The position numbers were made by a program, and so were the translations under genes. The notes beneath the pieces are model-generated. The model was not told where the DNA came from. It did no database searches and was given only the letters and a program-made list of their open reading frames with translations. A stretch of DNA of 63,939 bases, filler included, from Polymyxa betae A26-41 (Eukaryota; Protista; Endomyxa: Phytomyxea): the NCBI GenBank assembly GCA_003693705.1. It is 7 parts of 7 records of this genome, joined end to end, with 100 filler letters (N's around TTAATTAATTAA, not from the genome) between each part and the next. Parts side by side here need not be neighbours in the genome. Positions count along the whole stretch, not along the records: positions 1 to 23,570 come from RBZT01000412.1; 6 more parts are not named here. One strand, written 5' to 3'. Positions 12,301 through 23,196 of the stretch are shown here, piece after piece (positions within the stretch are counted from its first letter, which is position 1; every line of letters starts with the position of its first letter).

Positions 12301-13628
12301 TCAGATATGATTTCTTTTTCGACTTTCCATAAATGCACGATTCGCAAAAACTCAATTGTCCTATAGCTGATTTTTGGATCTTGATTCCTGTTACTTACTT
12401 GGGAAGTTCCTTCAAACCAATTAAGTTTCTGTGACCCAATATGTAATGAGCAAGTTTTTCGGTAATATCTTTGACACTTGTCGTGTCATGCTTCTCACTT
12501 GATTTCTTGATCGTGTGTTTCGCACTGCGCTTTCGACGTGTCTCGGTCTCCAAGCAAACATATAGTCTTCAATATTTCCTTGCATAATAACATTCGAGTT
12601 ACTGCTCGTAAGTATCCATCCATTCTCATTCATTGTCATCGTTCTCCCTCCCTCTACCAATTTACGCACAGAGATCAGGTTTGTCGAGCCTAGAGATGGA
12701 GCGTAAAGTACTTCCATATGTTCATGCTTCCTGAGTTTTCCTTTCGCTGAGGCATGTATGCCAGAGTCATCTGCCAGTTTGATCATTGTGTCGTCTTCTA
12801 TACAGTCTTTCAGGCAAGCTTTCGTCCCGGTCATGTGCTGTGAACATGCAGAGTCAATTAGAAAGATATCGTCGTTCTCGTCTAACTCGTTTTCAGTTAG
12901 GTAAGAAGAATTCTTGTGAGTCCTATTATCAGCTTCGTTAATTGTGAATCATGTGTTGACAAAGGATTTTCATATTGGATTTCATCTTCAGCATCTTCTC
13001 CAGTCCATGTTTTTCTATTAAGCAATCGCATTTAGTAAACAAGGCAACAATGTCGCCCTTTTCGTAGATTTTTGTTCTTTTCAATTCTTTCGAAAGCAAT
13101 GTTGTTAGATCCGGCGCCTCAATTGTCAGTTGCTCCGTCCGAATCGTCTCAAGGTATTCTTTGAGAATTTTGTCTGTTAATTGTTCAGCTGAGGTTACGG
13201 CCTTGCCATCAACTTTGATTTGGCCATATCTGCAGAGTGTCTTGAGCAGATTCTTATCAATAGTCACCACAACAAAAGCAGGTACTATCGCTTGCCCAAG
13301 TTGTATTTGTTCTTCTATTCTTTGCTCTTACATTTCGCGTTTTCAAGATAGTTGATAACAGATTCCTGTCAATCCCTTTTAAAATCGGTGCTGGACTGTT
13401 TCGAAGATTGGCCTTTCCTTGTGACGGTCATTTACGCCATCGTTGCTGATATTCTTAATTGACTCAACATTCGACGCCTGCATTTGTTCTTCGTCTGGGC
13501 CCATAACCAGTTAAGTAGTATAGGCAGAAGGCGTTGAATATAACCAATTGATGTATTGACTAGTAATAGAAGAAGGATAAATATCTACTGTAACTGAAAC
13601 AGCTTGCATGTTGGTGTGAGGTTTAACT
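9305..13628 (-). mobile_element. Ty1/Copia-type LTR retrotransposon (decayed) with AG...CT termini and a Gypsy-type Gag
   Basis: LTRs 9305-9421 and 13509-13628; TSD GAAAT (9300-9304, 13629-13633); PBS GGTTATGGGCCCAG (13495-13508); PPT TTGAGGGGGCG; order gag-PR (LIDSACSQHMTG)-IN-RT (LHVDDL)-RH. Confidence 0.93.
12938..13483 (-). pseudogene. gag: Gag of the 9305-13628 element, resembling the Gypsy Gags in this window
   Basis: PIFET.PAPILKGID.ESVINYLE.RE...TIDKNLLKTLCRY...EQLTDKILKEYL...PDLTTLLSKELK...LFTKCDCLIEKHGL; frameshifts and a stop. Confidence 0.75.
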
Positions 13629-13838
13629 GAAATCAGGAGCACTTCCGTTTGTAGTAATGAATTGTGTTTTATTTCCAGCTCGAATCCCAGCTTCATTCAG
13701 CTCAGTCCGTACGGACACCGTACGGACTCCACTGGAGTCAAGCCCATTAATGTTACGGTACGTCTTCATACTTTAATCTTGTTCGCATCTTTGTTACGCA
13801 TCAGATTTATGCGTGAGTCATCATGGCTTCTCTGCGTT

Positions 13839-14004
13839 TGTAAGCTCCAATTGATAATCGTCTAAATAGTACCCTGCTTTATATATAAGATCTTAGACCC
13901 CTTTAATATCCATCTCGGAGACTGAAGTTCATCGGCCAAATAGTTCATGTCGCTGAGTCGCGCTACGCCAGTCCACACAGCGGCTACGCCAGTCCACACA
14001 CTGC
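13839..14004 (-). repeat. Gypsy LTR (family X), 3' LTR copy
   Basis: Homologous to 22730-22898, with homology starting exactly at TGTAAGCTCCAA; preceded on the minus strand by the purine tract GGGGGAG. Confidence 0.75.
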
Positions 14005-14986
14005 CTCCCCCAAGACAAGTTTTATTACACAATTAAAAAATTATGTGCGTCTTTCTATCAATGTATATATACTGGCCAAAATGCTCTATCACATTGTCCG
14101 CGCATCTTAACAAAAGTCAATAACATACGATGCCCCGTGCGTAGTTAATAAATAACATTACAACTGGTCACTGGCCAAGAGCAAGTCTGTATGAACGCCA
14201 AGTCAAAATGCATCGACAAAGTAACATTACAGTTTTAGCAGAACGGTATATACAGTACATCATTGGATGTAACAGAGAGAGCAATACAGCAATTTGAAAA
14301 TTGACCCATCAACAACAATTTGACAGAATCCAATTCAGAGAAAAACCCAATCTTCCGAGTTCCCGTAACGTTCTGGTGATTTTTTTAAATGTGACGTTCT
14401 TGGGAAATTAGCTGCGCACTTAGATTGAGCGGAAGCGTCCGGCCGGACATAAATTTGTAACAACGGATTAACTCTCAATGCCCTCTATTGTCCACATGAT
14501 ATTAAAATCACTTTATTCGCTATCATCTCAAGCAAAATTAAAGCCCATCATTTTTCTTCATAAGTCGATATTGCGCAATCAAACGCTTCTGTTCTTCCTG
14601 TGATCGATTGTGTGGACATCTCTGAAGACGATGACTAGGAGATTAGCATTTCAAACAAACAATCTCCGTACGAGATTTCTTCAATTCCTTCGAAATATTT
14701 AGTATGAGAACGAGAGCGCTTCAAATTTGCTGCCTCCGGTTCCCGAAGCAAATCGGGCTCATATTGATAAACAGTATTATTGTGCTTTTCATATTTTCTG
14801 TCCTAAGGAGGTGGCATCTATATCCGGCCACGCATTTTTCTAAATACCGGCTGCGTTCCCTTATATCCTGCGGTTGAGCAAGTTCTGCCTCTGGAAGGGG
14901 CCAAACGGTTTCGTATTGACGTTCGAGGTCGTAATTTATCTCAAATAAAGACCATTAGTACCTCAAACGATCTATTTATTAATGTC

Positions 14987-15946
14987 ATGTCGGAATACAG
15001 CCAGCCGCTTGCTGCCATTGTCGTGGATTCGCCGCAGCATGGTCGCCGGCAGCTGTTTCTCGGCGGTCCCCCAGGTTGCCCCTAGTCGATGTTAGGGAGG
15101 AGCTGATAGCAACATTGACGGTTTGGCGAGGAGACGACAGCAAACAACGACGCAATAGAATTGCAGCTGCCGAATCCTCGTCAATCCTTTTCAATTACAG
15201 TCAGGGATTTGCTGTGCTTCATCCAATTATCTTGCAGCACCTTCGATCCAGACTGCCGCCTGCGTTGGCTGGCAATATTTTGGCCGATTTGACGATCAAG
15301 ATCAAGCCGACGCTCGAGAGCTCCCAATCACGATTCGTCGCGCTCAATGAAGGAAATTTCGTTACGACGATAACGGAAGTTTGGAACAATGCTCTCAGAC
15401 GGCAGCATCTAGCTCCGCAGGATGTCACGATTCCAATCCACGTATTTATTCCCGAATCACGTCAACAGTCTCGCTCGAATACTACACGAGTTCAGGGCGT
15501 CGCCGGGCCACAGCAGGGAGAATATCCGAAGCTCGGGAAGAGATAATCGAGCATATACAGACGAATCCGATCGATCCGGACGCCAACGTCCGAGTCGGAG
15601 CAATAGCTTTGAACGTCTGGTCAAGGCAGCATGCACGCCAAGTTAATCCCGATCCAATTGAGCATGTTCCGGACGGGAACATGGCTATCTCGCAAGCCAT
15701 GAGACTCGACTACCTTAGAGAGCGGCAGGGAGAGGATCTGCTGAAGCCGAATGGGGACAGCTGCCAATCCGATGGCAAAATTCTGACCCAGGGACGCTTT
15801 CTGTACATTTGCCGAACTTACGAAGACTCCTTGGACTACCGATGTATCCTTTATTCGATAGAGAGATTTTCCACGAAAGGGAACCAAACGTTCCACTGAA
15901 TGTGGAACATGACATCGATGATCTAGATCACATGGACGACGAATAG
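14987..15946 (+). pseudogene. Unknown accessory ORF of the Tc1-like element, frameshifted
   Basis: Overlapping ORFs 15076-15546 and 15381-15899, plus a third frame ending ...HDIDDLDHMDDE*, appear to form one protein convergent with the transposase. Confidence 0.55.
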
Positions 15947-15973
15947 TTTAGGTCAGAGCGAACTGTAGACGTT

Positions 15974-16968
15974 TTATAAACCAAAAAATTCCTGAATTAA
16001 TGCACTGTCTCCATAACCACATGAAGCGTAGAAGGCGTGTCCCGAATTCTGTAAACTGATGCATTCTTTCATGGCCACGTCGAGCACCAGCTCCGGGCAT
16101 TCGCGAAAGACATGGTCAGCGTTCCTTTTCAGCCATTGTTTCAGCAAGTCGAACCCTTTTTCTATGGGGTTCAACTGGGGCGAATATGGGGGAAGATAAA
16201 CTATCTTGGCGCTGCATGCATGAACGACCTTTTCCAGCTCCCAGTACATATGAATCCTAGCATTATCCAGAATAAAAATACTTTGAGGGAGAGGCCACGG
16301 CTGCAGTAAGGGAGCAATTGTCGTCACGAAAGCGGTATGAAATCTCTGCCTAGTGAAGGTGCCTTTTGTGCACTCCCAAGCACAAAATCCGGACGTATCG
16401 AAAGAGGCTAGAACAGAGACTCTCCCTCCACGAGAGAAAGGCTGGTGTACAAAAGTTGGCGTATTGATTCTCGACCAGCCGTAACGTTTGAAAGAATCTC
16501 TGCCGTCCTTACTGGTTTCATCTATAAACAGAAGTTGTCCGGGATAAGAATACAGTTCTGAGAGTTCGTAGAAATATTCTTTCAGATGTATTGGGACACT
16601 TTCTTGAGCTCTTTTCTCCAGAACCTTCCTAGACAGTTTAAGATCGTGGCGGAGAGCTCTCCAAATCGTGGGCGAAGAGAAGTTTCCGACGTCTGGAAAG
16701 GTTTCGCACAGCTGCTCCTGCAATTCTGAATATAGAAGAGCGGGTTGCCTTCGACGAATTGCTTTGCGAAGACGTAAACTTCTTCGGACCATCGTGCTGA
16801 TTTCTGTCTGGGAACGTCGGGAACTACGTCTCCAGATTTTTCTAAAAACGACATCCACCTTTTTACGGAACGCTGAGAGACTCCCATTATTAGGGAAACG
16901 TTTTCTAACGAAGTTGAATAAATGTAATGCAGAACTAGACATCGCCAGCGAAGGTCCTTGCTAAACAT
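15974..16968 (-). pseudogene. IS630/Tc1-like transposase with one frameshift
   Basis: N-terminal MFSKDLRWRC HTH region joined to FIDETSKD, FILDNARIH and LPPYSPQLNPIEKGF. Confidence 0.9.
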
Positions 16969-18071
16969 GAATCAAAATGATTGTATTCAAGGCCAGAGTC
17001 TGATTCTCGGGATTCGAGGGGTCTCGTGCCAAAAACCGGATATTTGTCCCTTTCCAAATGGGCCAAAATGGGACGTTTTATGATACGAGCCCTCTTTTAG
17101 AACGATTCTGGGGCTTAATGCCCAGATTTACAGCAAATCTACGTCTTAGATGACTCATTTAAAGCAGATTCCTCATTCAGGAAAACCGGGTTCAGACCAA
17201 TAAAACGGACCACGGGGTTTTTATTCTAGGGCTGTATGAATTGCGCAAGGACAGAATTCTTGAAATTCACAATATATAATTCGTTAACAAGTGCCTAATT
17301 ATCATCCTCCAGCTCATTTTTATGAAATTTCAACTCAGACTCCATAGCCAATCGAAAACGATTCCGGGCGTAATGCCGGATTCAAAAGATTAATATAATT
17401 TTTGGAACCACGTTTTGTCGTAAACATATCTTCCAACTGATAATCTTCAATCAGCTTATTCATTCTCGAAATTAAACTAGTAATACGCGCCTGAGGCCGT
17501 AAATTGACATTCATTTTCAATTCCGATGCCATAATATACTCAATTGCATGGCTATGGAATCGATCAGCTTTTAACTGATTATCCAGAAACGCCAACAAGG
17601 TTTCATCTGATAAACCTTTTTTCCGCTCATTTGTCAAATGAAAATCCTCAATAGTAGACCACAAATGAGGATCAATCATTGACTTCAAAGATCGAGGTTT
17701 AACAGCTGCCGCCCATTCCCTGATCCTGAGCATCCTTGAAACTGTCCATATAGCTATTAAACTTACGCTTTAAAGAAACAATTTCTCGAGGATCCAATGT
17801 CTTCAAAGTCGGTGACCACTCTACTTGAAAAGAAACTGAAGACTTCGCCTCCTCTACTTCAATACTGTCAGAGCGAACTCGATCAATCTTTGCCTGATCA
17901 TCTGAGTTTGCTTCTCAACAGCTTTAAGACATCAACGTAATGCTTGTCCATGTCGGATGTCGAACTACAAAGATCTTTGTGTAAGCTCCAACCTTTTGAT
18001 AATTGGGATCTGGCAATGAAGGAACGAAAAATCAGCAAGTATCGAGATTATGGGTAAAAGGATGAAGATTC

Positions 18072-21000
18072 TCTCAGCGTAGCACAGTAAACGAGGTTGG
18101 ATTCCGAAGAAGTACTAAAGTAGGAAGTGAGGGTTTATTGGTATTTCCTAGTCTGAGACCTGCAGCCTTGAGTGTAGAAAAGCTCTGTGAAGGCAGGATT
18201 CCATCGTGTTGAGGTCGTCCTTCTAACACGCCCCTTCGAGATCAACGCGGGTATCGGAAGGTGGTTTCGCGCAAATCATCCGGTTTCGGTGTTTTGGAAA
18301 TAAATAGACCCCGAGTGATTTTGTGAGGATGTCTGCAATCATGTCGCCGGTCTGGCAATATTCGAGCTTGATGGTACCGTATTGAATTTGTTCGCGAATG
18401 AAATGGTATCGAAGATCGATGTGCTTTGTACGGCGTTTGTTTGCAATGTTTTCAGCCAAGAAAATGGTGCTTTGATTATCATGAAAGATGGTCACAGCCT
18501 TGTCGAATTGGCCAAAAATTTCGCGATACAGCTTCTTGATCCAGATGGCTTCTTTTGATGCGTAGCAGCAAGCCATATATTCTGACTCGGTGGTAGAACG
18601 AGCAACCGATTTTTGTTTGGTCGATCGCCAAGAAATTACGTTACTTCCCATCAGTGAGATCCAGCCAGAAGTTGACTTGCGATCGTTGGTGTCGTCGGCG
18701 AAACTGCTATCTGCGTAGAGGGTTATGTCCTCACTTGATTTCCCATAGAGATGTCCGTAGTTCGCAGTTCCTTTCAAATGCTTCAACACTCTCTGATTCT
18801 CCATAGTTGTGTCGTCGGTCGCGAGACGTGTCGGCTCAGCTTGTTGACGATGTAGCAGATATCGGGCCGTGTCGCGTTCACGATGAACATGAGGGCGCCG
18901 AGCGCTTCTCTGACGGGGTATTTGTTCTCGATGGCGGCGTCGTCTTCGTCGATCTCGCAGCCCGTCGCTGGTGTTGGCTCGGGATTGCAATCTGTCTGCT
19001 TGAAGCGTGCCAAGATGTCGAGTACATATGATTCTTGAGCGATGAAGGTATTTTCTGCGTTCTTGGTTACTTCGATGCCAAAAAACTTTTTAACTTCTCC
19101 AAGATCTTTCATTCTATACGTTTTATGCAGAATCTCGGTTATTTCTTTAATTTTCTTCGTATCATTTCCTGTTATGATCAGATCGTCCACGTATATTCCG
19201 ATTAAAACTGTCAATTGTCCAGTCTTGTGAAACCAGATGCATGGCTCATTATTGGATTGTTTTAGGTTGTTCTGAGTCAGTGTGCGGAAGAGTGTGATTT
19301 GCCATGATCGGCCTGATTGCTTCAGTCCGTAAAGGGCTTTGTTGAGGATGCATACCTTGTGTTCCACCCCTTTCTTAACGAAGCCCTGTGGCTGATGCAT
19401 GTATATTGGCTCAGTCAAATAAGCGTTCAAGTAAGCAGTTCGGAAGTCCTTATGGTACATCGCCTTCGTCTTGAACTAGCAATGCTGATGATGGTTCGCA
19501 GTGATGTATAGGTTAGCACGGATGAGAAGGTCTCCTGGTAGTCGACCCCGTATCGCTGTGTAAAGCCTCGAGCGACAAATCTCGCTTTGTAAGCAGGTTG
19601 TTCGTCAATCACTTTCTTAGTAAAGACCCATTTACCGCTTATAGGTTTGCAATTTGTCGGGGCATCTACCAGCATCCAAGTTGAGTTGTCGGCATGTGCC
19701 TGCATTTCTGTCTTGGCGGCCTTGAGCCAGTGGGAAGCGTCTGATGATTTCATTGCTTCGTCAAAATCGCGCGGGAGATCCGAAGAAATTGCAGTGTAAG
19801 AGCTATACTGTTCGTAGCTTATCGCAAGAGGATCCTGATCGTCGTCTGTTGCAGTGCTTTTGAGCGGTCTCGGGACGGACGATTCGTCGAATTCGAGATC
19901 TCGTCGAACGAGCACTTTCTGGTCACTAGCTCTCATGAACACGAATCCTTTCGAGTACTGGGAGTATCCTAAGAGTAGACCAGTTTCTGCTGTTGGCTCT
20001 AAAGCAGTTCTCAGAGAAGCATTAATGTGCGAATATGCTGTGCAGCCGAAGGTCCTCAGATGTCTTACGTCAGGTTTGACTCCCATCCACAGCTCATATG
20101 GTGTTTTCCAGTTGATTGATTTGGTTGGTAGGCGGTTGTGCGTGTAAACAACGTAACGGACAGCGATTATCCAGTAGTCGGGCGGTAGCCCAGCATCAAT
20201 TAAGATCGTCCTGGCCGCGTTTATGATGGTCAGATTTCGTCTCTCTGCCGTCCCGTTCTGTTGCGGGCTGTATGGAACAGTTCGCAGATGCTTGATACCT
20301 TTTGTCAGTAGGTAATCGCTCATAATCTTGTTCACATACTCTCCTCCGTTGTCAGTTAATAATATGTTTAGCCGTTCCTTGGTTTCCGCTTTTCCATCAG
20401 TTAAGAATCGTTCGAAGCTTTCTTTTACCTCTTCTGGAGATTTGCTTTTAAGGAAAGTGACCCAACACCATTTGGAATAAAAGCAGTGGAACGTGATGTA
20501 GTACTGGTAACCGTGACTAGTTGTGAGAAGTGGTCCCTTGAGGTCAGAGCTAACAATCTCGAACTTTCGTGTAGGTTTCGTCTTCCGCTCCGCGGGGAAC
20601 GGCTGTCGACGCTCTTGACCTAAGGCACATCCGCTGCATTTGGGGCGAAGATCCGAATTTTTCAGCTCAATTCCTTCGCAGTGTTCGGGTATCTTGCTCA
20701 GACGTTCATCGCAGGCATGCCCGAACCGCTTGTGTGCTTGCTGAAGGTCAATCTTTGCATTCGAAGTCGTTGAATTTGCCTCATAGTTTGCAGTTGGCAG
20801 ATAGTAAAGGCCATTTCGGTTTTTCGCAGTTAACACAAGTTTACCGTTTTCAGTAAGGATGTTTAAGTTTTCCTTGATATTTATCTGGTACCCTTGGCTT
20901 GTTATTGAATTGGTTGCTAACAACGTTTTTGTGATGTTTGGAACGTAAAGTACATCAGGAATTGTGATTGTTGGGGTTTTCGATATTATCATACTCCCTT

Positions 21001-22221
21001 TCCCCATTGCTTCTAACTTTCCTCCGTTGCTTGCCGGTATTTTACAGGGATTTTTGAACTTTTGATACTCGAGAAGTAGTGATTTATCTGTAGTCATACT
21101 GACATTTGCACCACTGTCAATTATCATAGCCTTTTCGAGTTCCTTGAGGTCCAGTTCGGTGTTAAACCCGGAGAATTCTTCGTCCTCTTCTTCTTTCTCT
21201 TCCCCTGATTCCTTGTTGTGATTCGCCTGGCCTTTGGTTTTCTGTTTCCGCAGCTCAGGGTGCTCAATCCAACATTGATCAATCGTATGATTGGTTCTTT
21301 TGCATTTCTTGCAAACCTTCTTGAACTTTTTCAGTTCTGTGTTCAAAGACTTAATTTCATTGATAAGGTCCTTTTCACGTGACGTTTCATGATTCGATGG
21401 GGAATTCTTTTCGTCACGCTCACTTGACAGCAGTAGATTCGTCAACTTGGGGATCGTGATCACCTGAGATGCCCGTGCTGCTGCCTTGGTTTGCTTGTAA
21501 GAGTCCGGTAGGCCGTCGAGTGTTTTCACGCAGACTGCTAACTCGCCCAAGACGATGTTGTAAGTTCGCAGGTCGTGGCTCAAACCACAACACTGTCCAG
21601 GTAACTTCTCATCGATTGTGTCGACTTCTTCTGGAGATGGATGAACTGCAGGAAAAGTTCAGATGCTTTTGACTCTGCGGATTCATTGTATATCTCTTGT
21701 AGCCGCCTCCATATCTGGGATGTGGTTCTGCAGCTTGACACTTGCTTGTACTGCGAGTGTTTAAGTCTCATGCAGATTTGGGCAGAAGCCAGCTTGTCAT
21801 TATGCATCTCAATGGTGTCGTTTTGACTCGGCTCAAAATCGAGAAAAGTGTCAAGACCCATAATCGTGAATTGGGTCTCTAGCTTTCTTTTGAAGTCCTC
21901 CCAGTTATTCCCATTGAATTCGGGTATTAATTTCAGCCCAACATCGTAATGAGAAAAGTTGACTTCCTGTCGTAGTGAATGTCGCGATTGAATAGTTTGT
22001 CGTCGACTTTCGTTTCCTCCTCGGCGAGTGTTCGTCATTCTTTCAGCTTATGGGACTCTTAATCTCTCAGCGTAGCACAGTAAACGAGGTTGGATTCCGA
22101 AGAAGTAGTAAAGTAGGAAGTGAGGATATATTGGTATTTCCTAGTCTGAGACCTGCAGCCTTGAGTGTAGAAAAGCTCTGTGAAGGCAGGATTCCATCGT
22201 GTTGAGGTCGTCCTTCTAACA
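18072..22221 (-). mobile_element. Near-intact Ty1/Copia LTR retrotransposon with TG...GA termini and a half-tRNA-Lys-like PBS
   Basis: 157-bp LTRs 18072-18228 and 22065-22221 (3 differences seen); TSD GATTC (18067-18071, 22222-22226); gag, CCHC, PR (IIDSGAN), IN (TDNGGEY, QNGTAER), RT (YVDDL), RH (YADSS). Confidence 0.95.
18223..22038 (-). pseudogene. pol: Copia gag-pol polyprotein with about 3 frameshifts
   Basis: ORFs 21580-22038, 19427-21583, 18783-19460 and 18223-18990 join into Copia domain order. Confidence 0.9.
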
Positions 22222-22586
22222 GATTCAAAGGTTCCATCATAGACCAAGAGATTCAAGATGAGGATGTTACAGACAGGCTCTAGGTTCGAGTCTCACACAG
22301 GTTGTTTAATTTTTGTTTTAAAGCCACAACAAAATGCCGCGTTGCGTGAACTGTGCTGATGGTACAGTCAAGAGAAGTGCGGCTGCCGTGTGGCGGTTGT
22401 GGAGCCCAAGAACTAACTGGGATCCCAGTGGTTCAAGGACTAGAGACACTGTTCCATTCTAACAGCACCTGTGTGTTAACATCTCAGCAGGTTGGCGCAA
22501 GCCTCGGGCCTTGGGGTGATCACCCGACCTCGGCGCCTCTATCTTGAATCATTCTTCAAACGAGTCGATAACTTCAACAAGAACCT

Positions 22587-22898
22587 GAAGACTTCGCCTC
22601 CTCTACTTCAATACTGTCAGAGCGAACTCGATCAATCTTTGCCTGATCATCTGAGTTTGCTTCTCAACAGCTTTAAGACATTCAACGTAATGCTTGCCCA
22701 TGTCGGATGTCGAACTACAAAGATCTTTGTGTAAGCTCCAACCTTTTGATAATCGTCTAAATAGTACTCTGCTTTATTAATCAGATCTTAGATCCCTTGA
22801 ATATTCACCTCGGAGACTGAAGTTCATCGGGCAAATAGTTCATGTCGTTGAGTCGCGCTACGCCAGTCCACACAGCGGCTACGTCAGTCCACACACTG
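22587..22898 (-). repeat. Gypsy family X 5' LTR (22730-22898) plus start of gag; 22587-22752 duplicates 17834-18003
   Basis: Near-identical direct repeat; LTR homologous to 13839-14004. Confidence 0.75.
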
Positions 22899-23196
22899 CG
22901 TGCGCTGATCTTCAAACTGCGGACGCACTTTAAAAGGGATATAAGATTTTATAATGTTTTTAATAAATCTGATACACACCCAAGCAAATAGGAAGAGCAT
23001 GCAATGAAAAAGTATTCATCGCACCGCAGAATACCAGCTTCATTGCTAGAGTATAATTTCACCTTTAACCACTTAGAAATAAAGCCAAAATTTGGGCATT
23101 TGCGCGAAATTTTTACAAAAACTGCGAACGGACGTTTTGGATACTGAATTACTAAAAACTGCGTACGGACTTTTTAAATTCTGAATTGGACTGTCC

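Larger units (their letters stand above)
14755..17092. mobile_element. IS630/Tc1-like DNA transposon with two convergent ORFs
   Basis: Imperfect TIRs GGGCTCATATTGATAAA / TTTATGATACGAGCCC; Gypsy gag sequence on both sides; TC dinucleotide on both flanks. Confidence 0.6.
14300..18003 (-). mobile_element. Decayed Ty3/Gypsy internal region (gag, CCHC knuckle) of family X, interrupted by a Tc1-like element
   Basis: Gag MIDPHLWSTIEDFHL..LSDETLLAFL..ELKMNVNL (17335-17733); CLKC.SPSHRLQRCP knuckle near 14620-14660; partial 5' LTR at 17980-18003. Confidence 0.7.

Noticed and set aside
22040-22075. Possible tRNA-Lys gene
   Set aside because: Only the 15-nt anticodon-arm match is present, with no D or T arms or acceptor stem; it is explained as a PBS.
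13839-22898. Single intact Gypsy bounded by the two family-X LTRs
   Set aside because: No matching TSD (GCGTT vs GTGCG/TGCGC), the LTRs are visibly diverged, the 5' junction is duplicated and most of pol is missing; reported as fragments.
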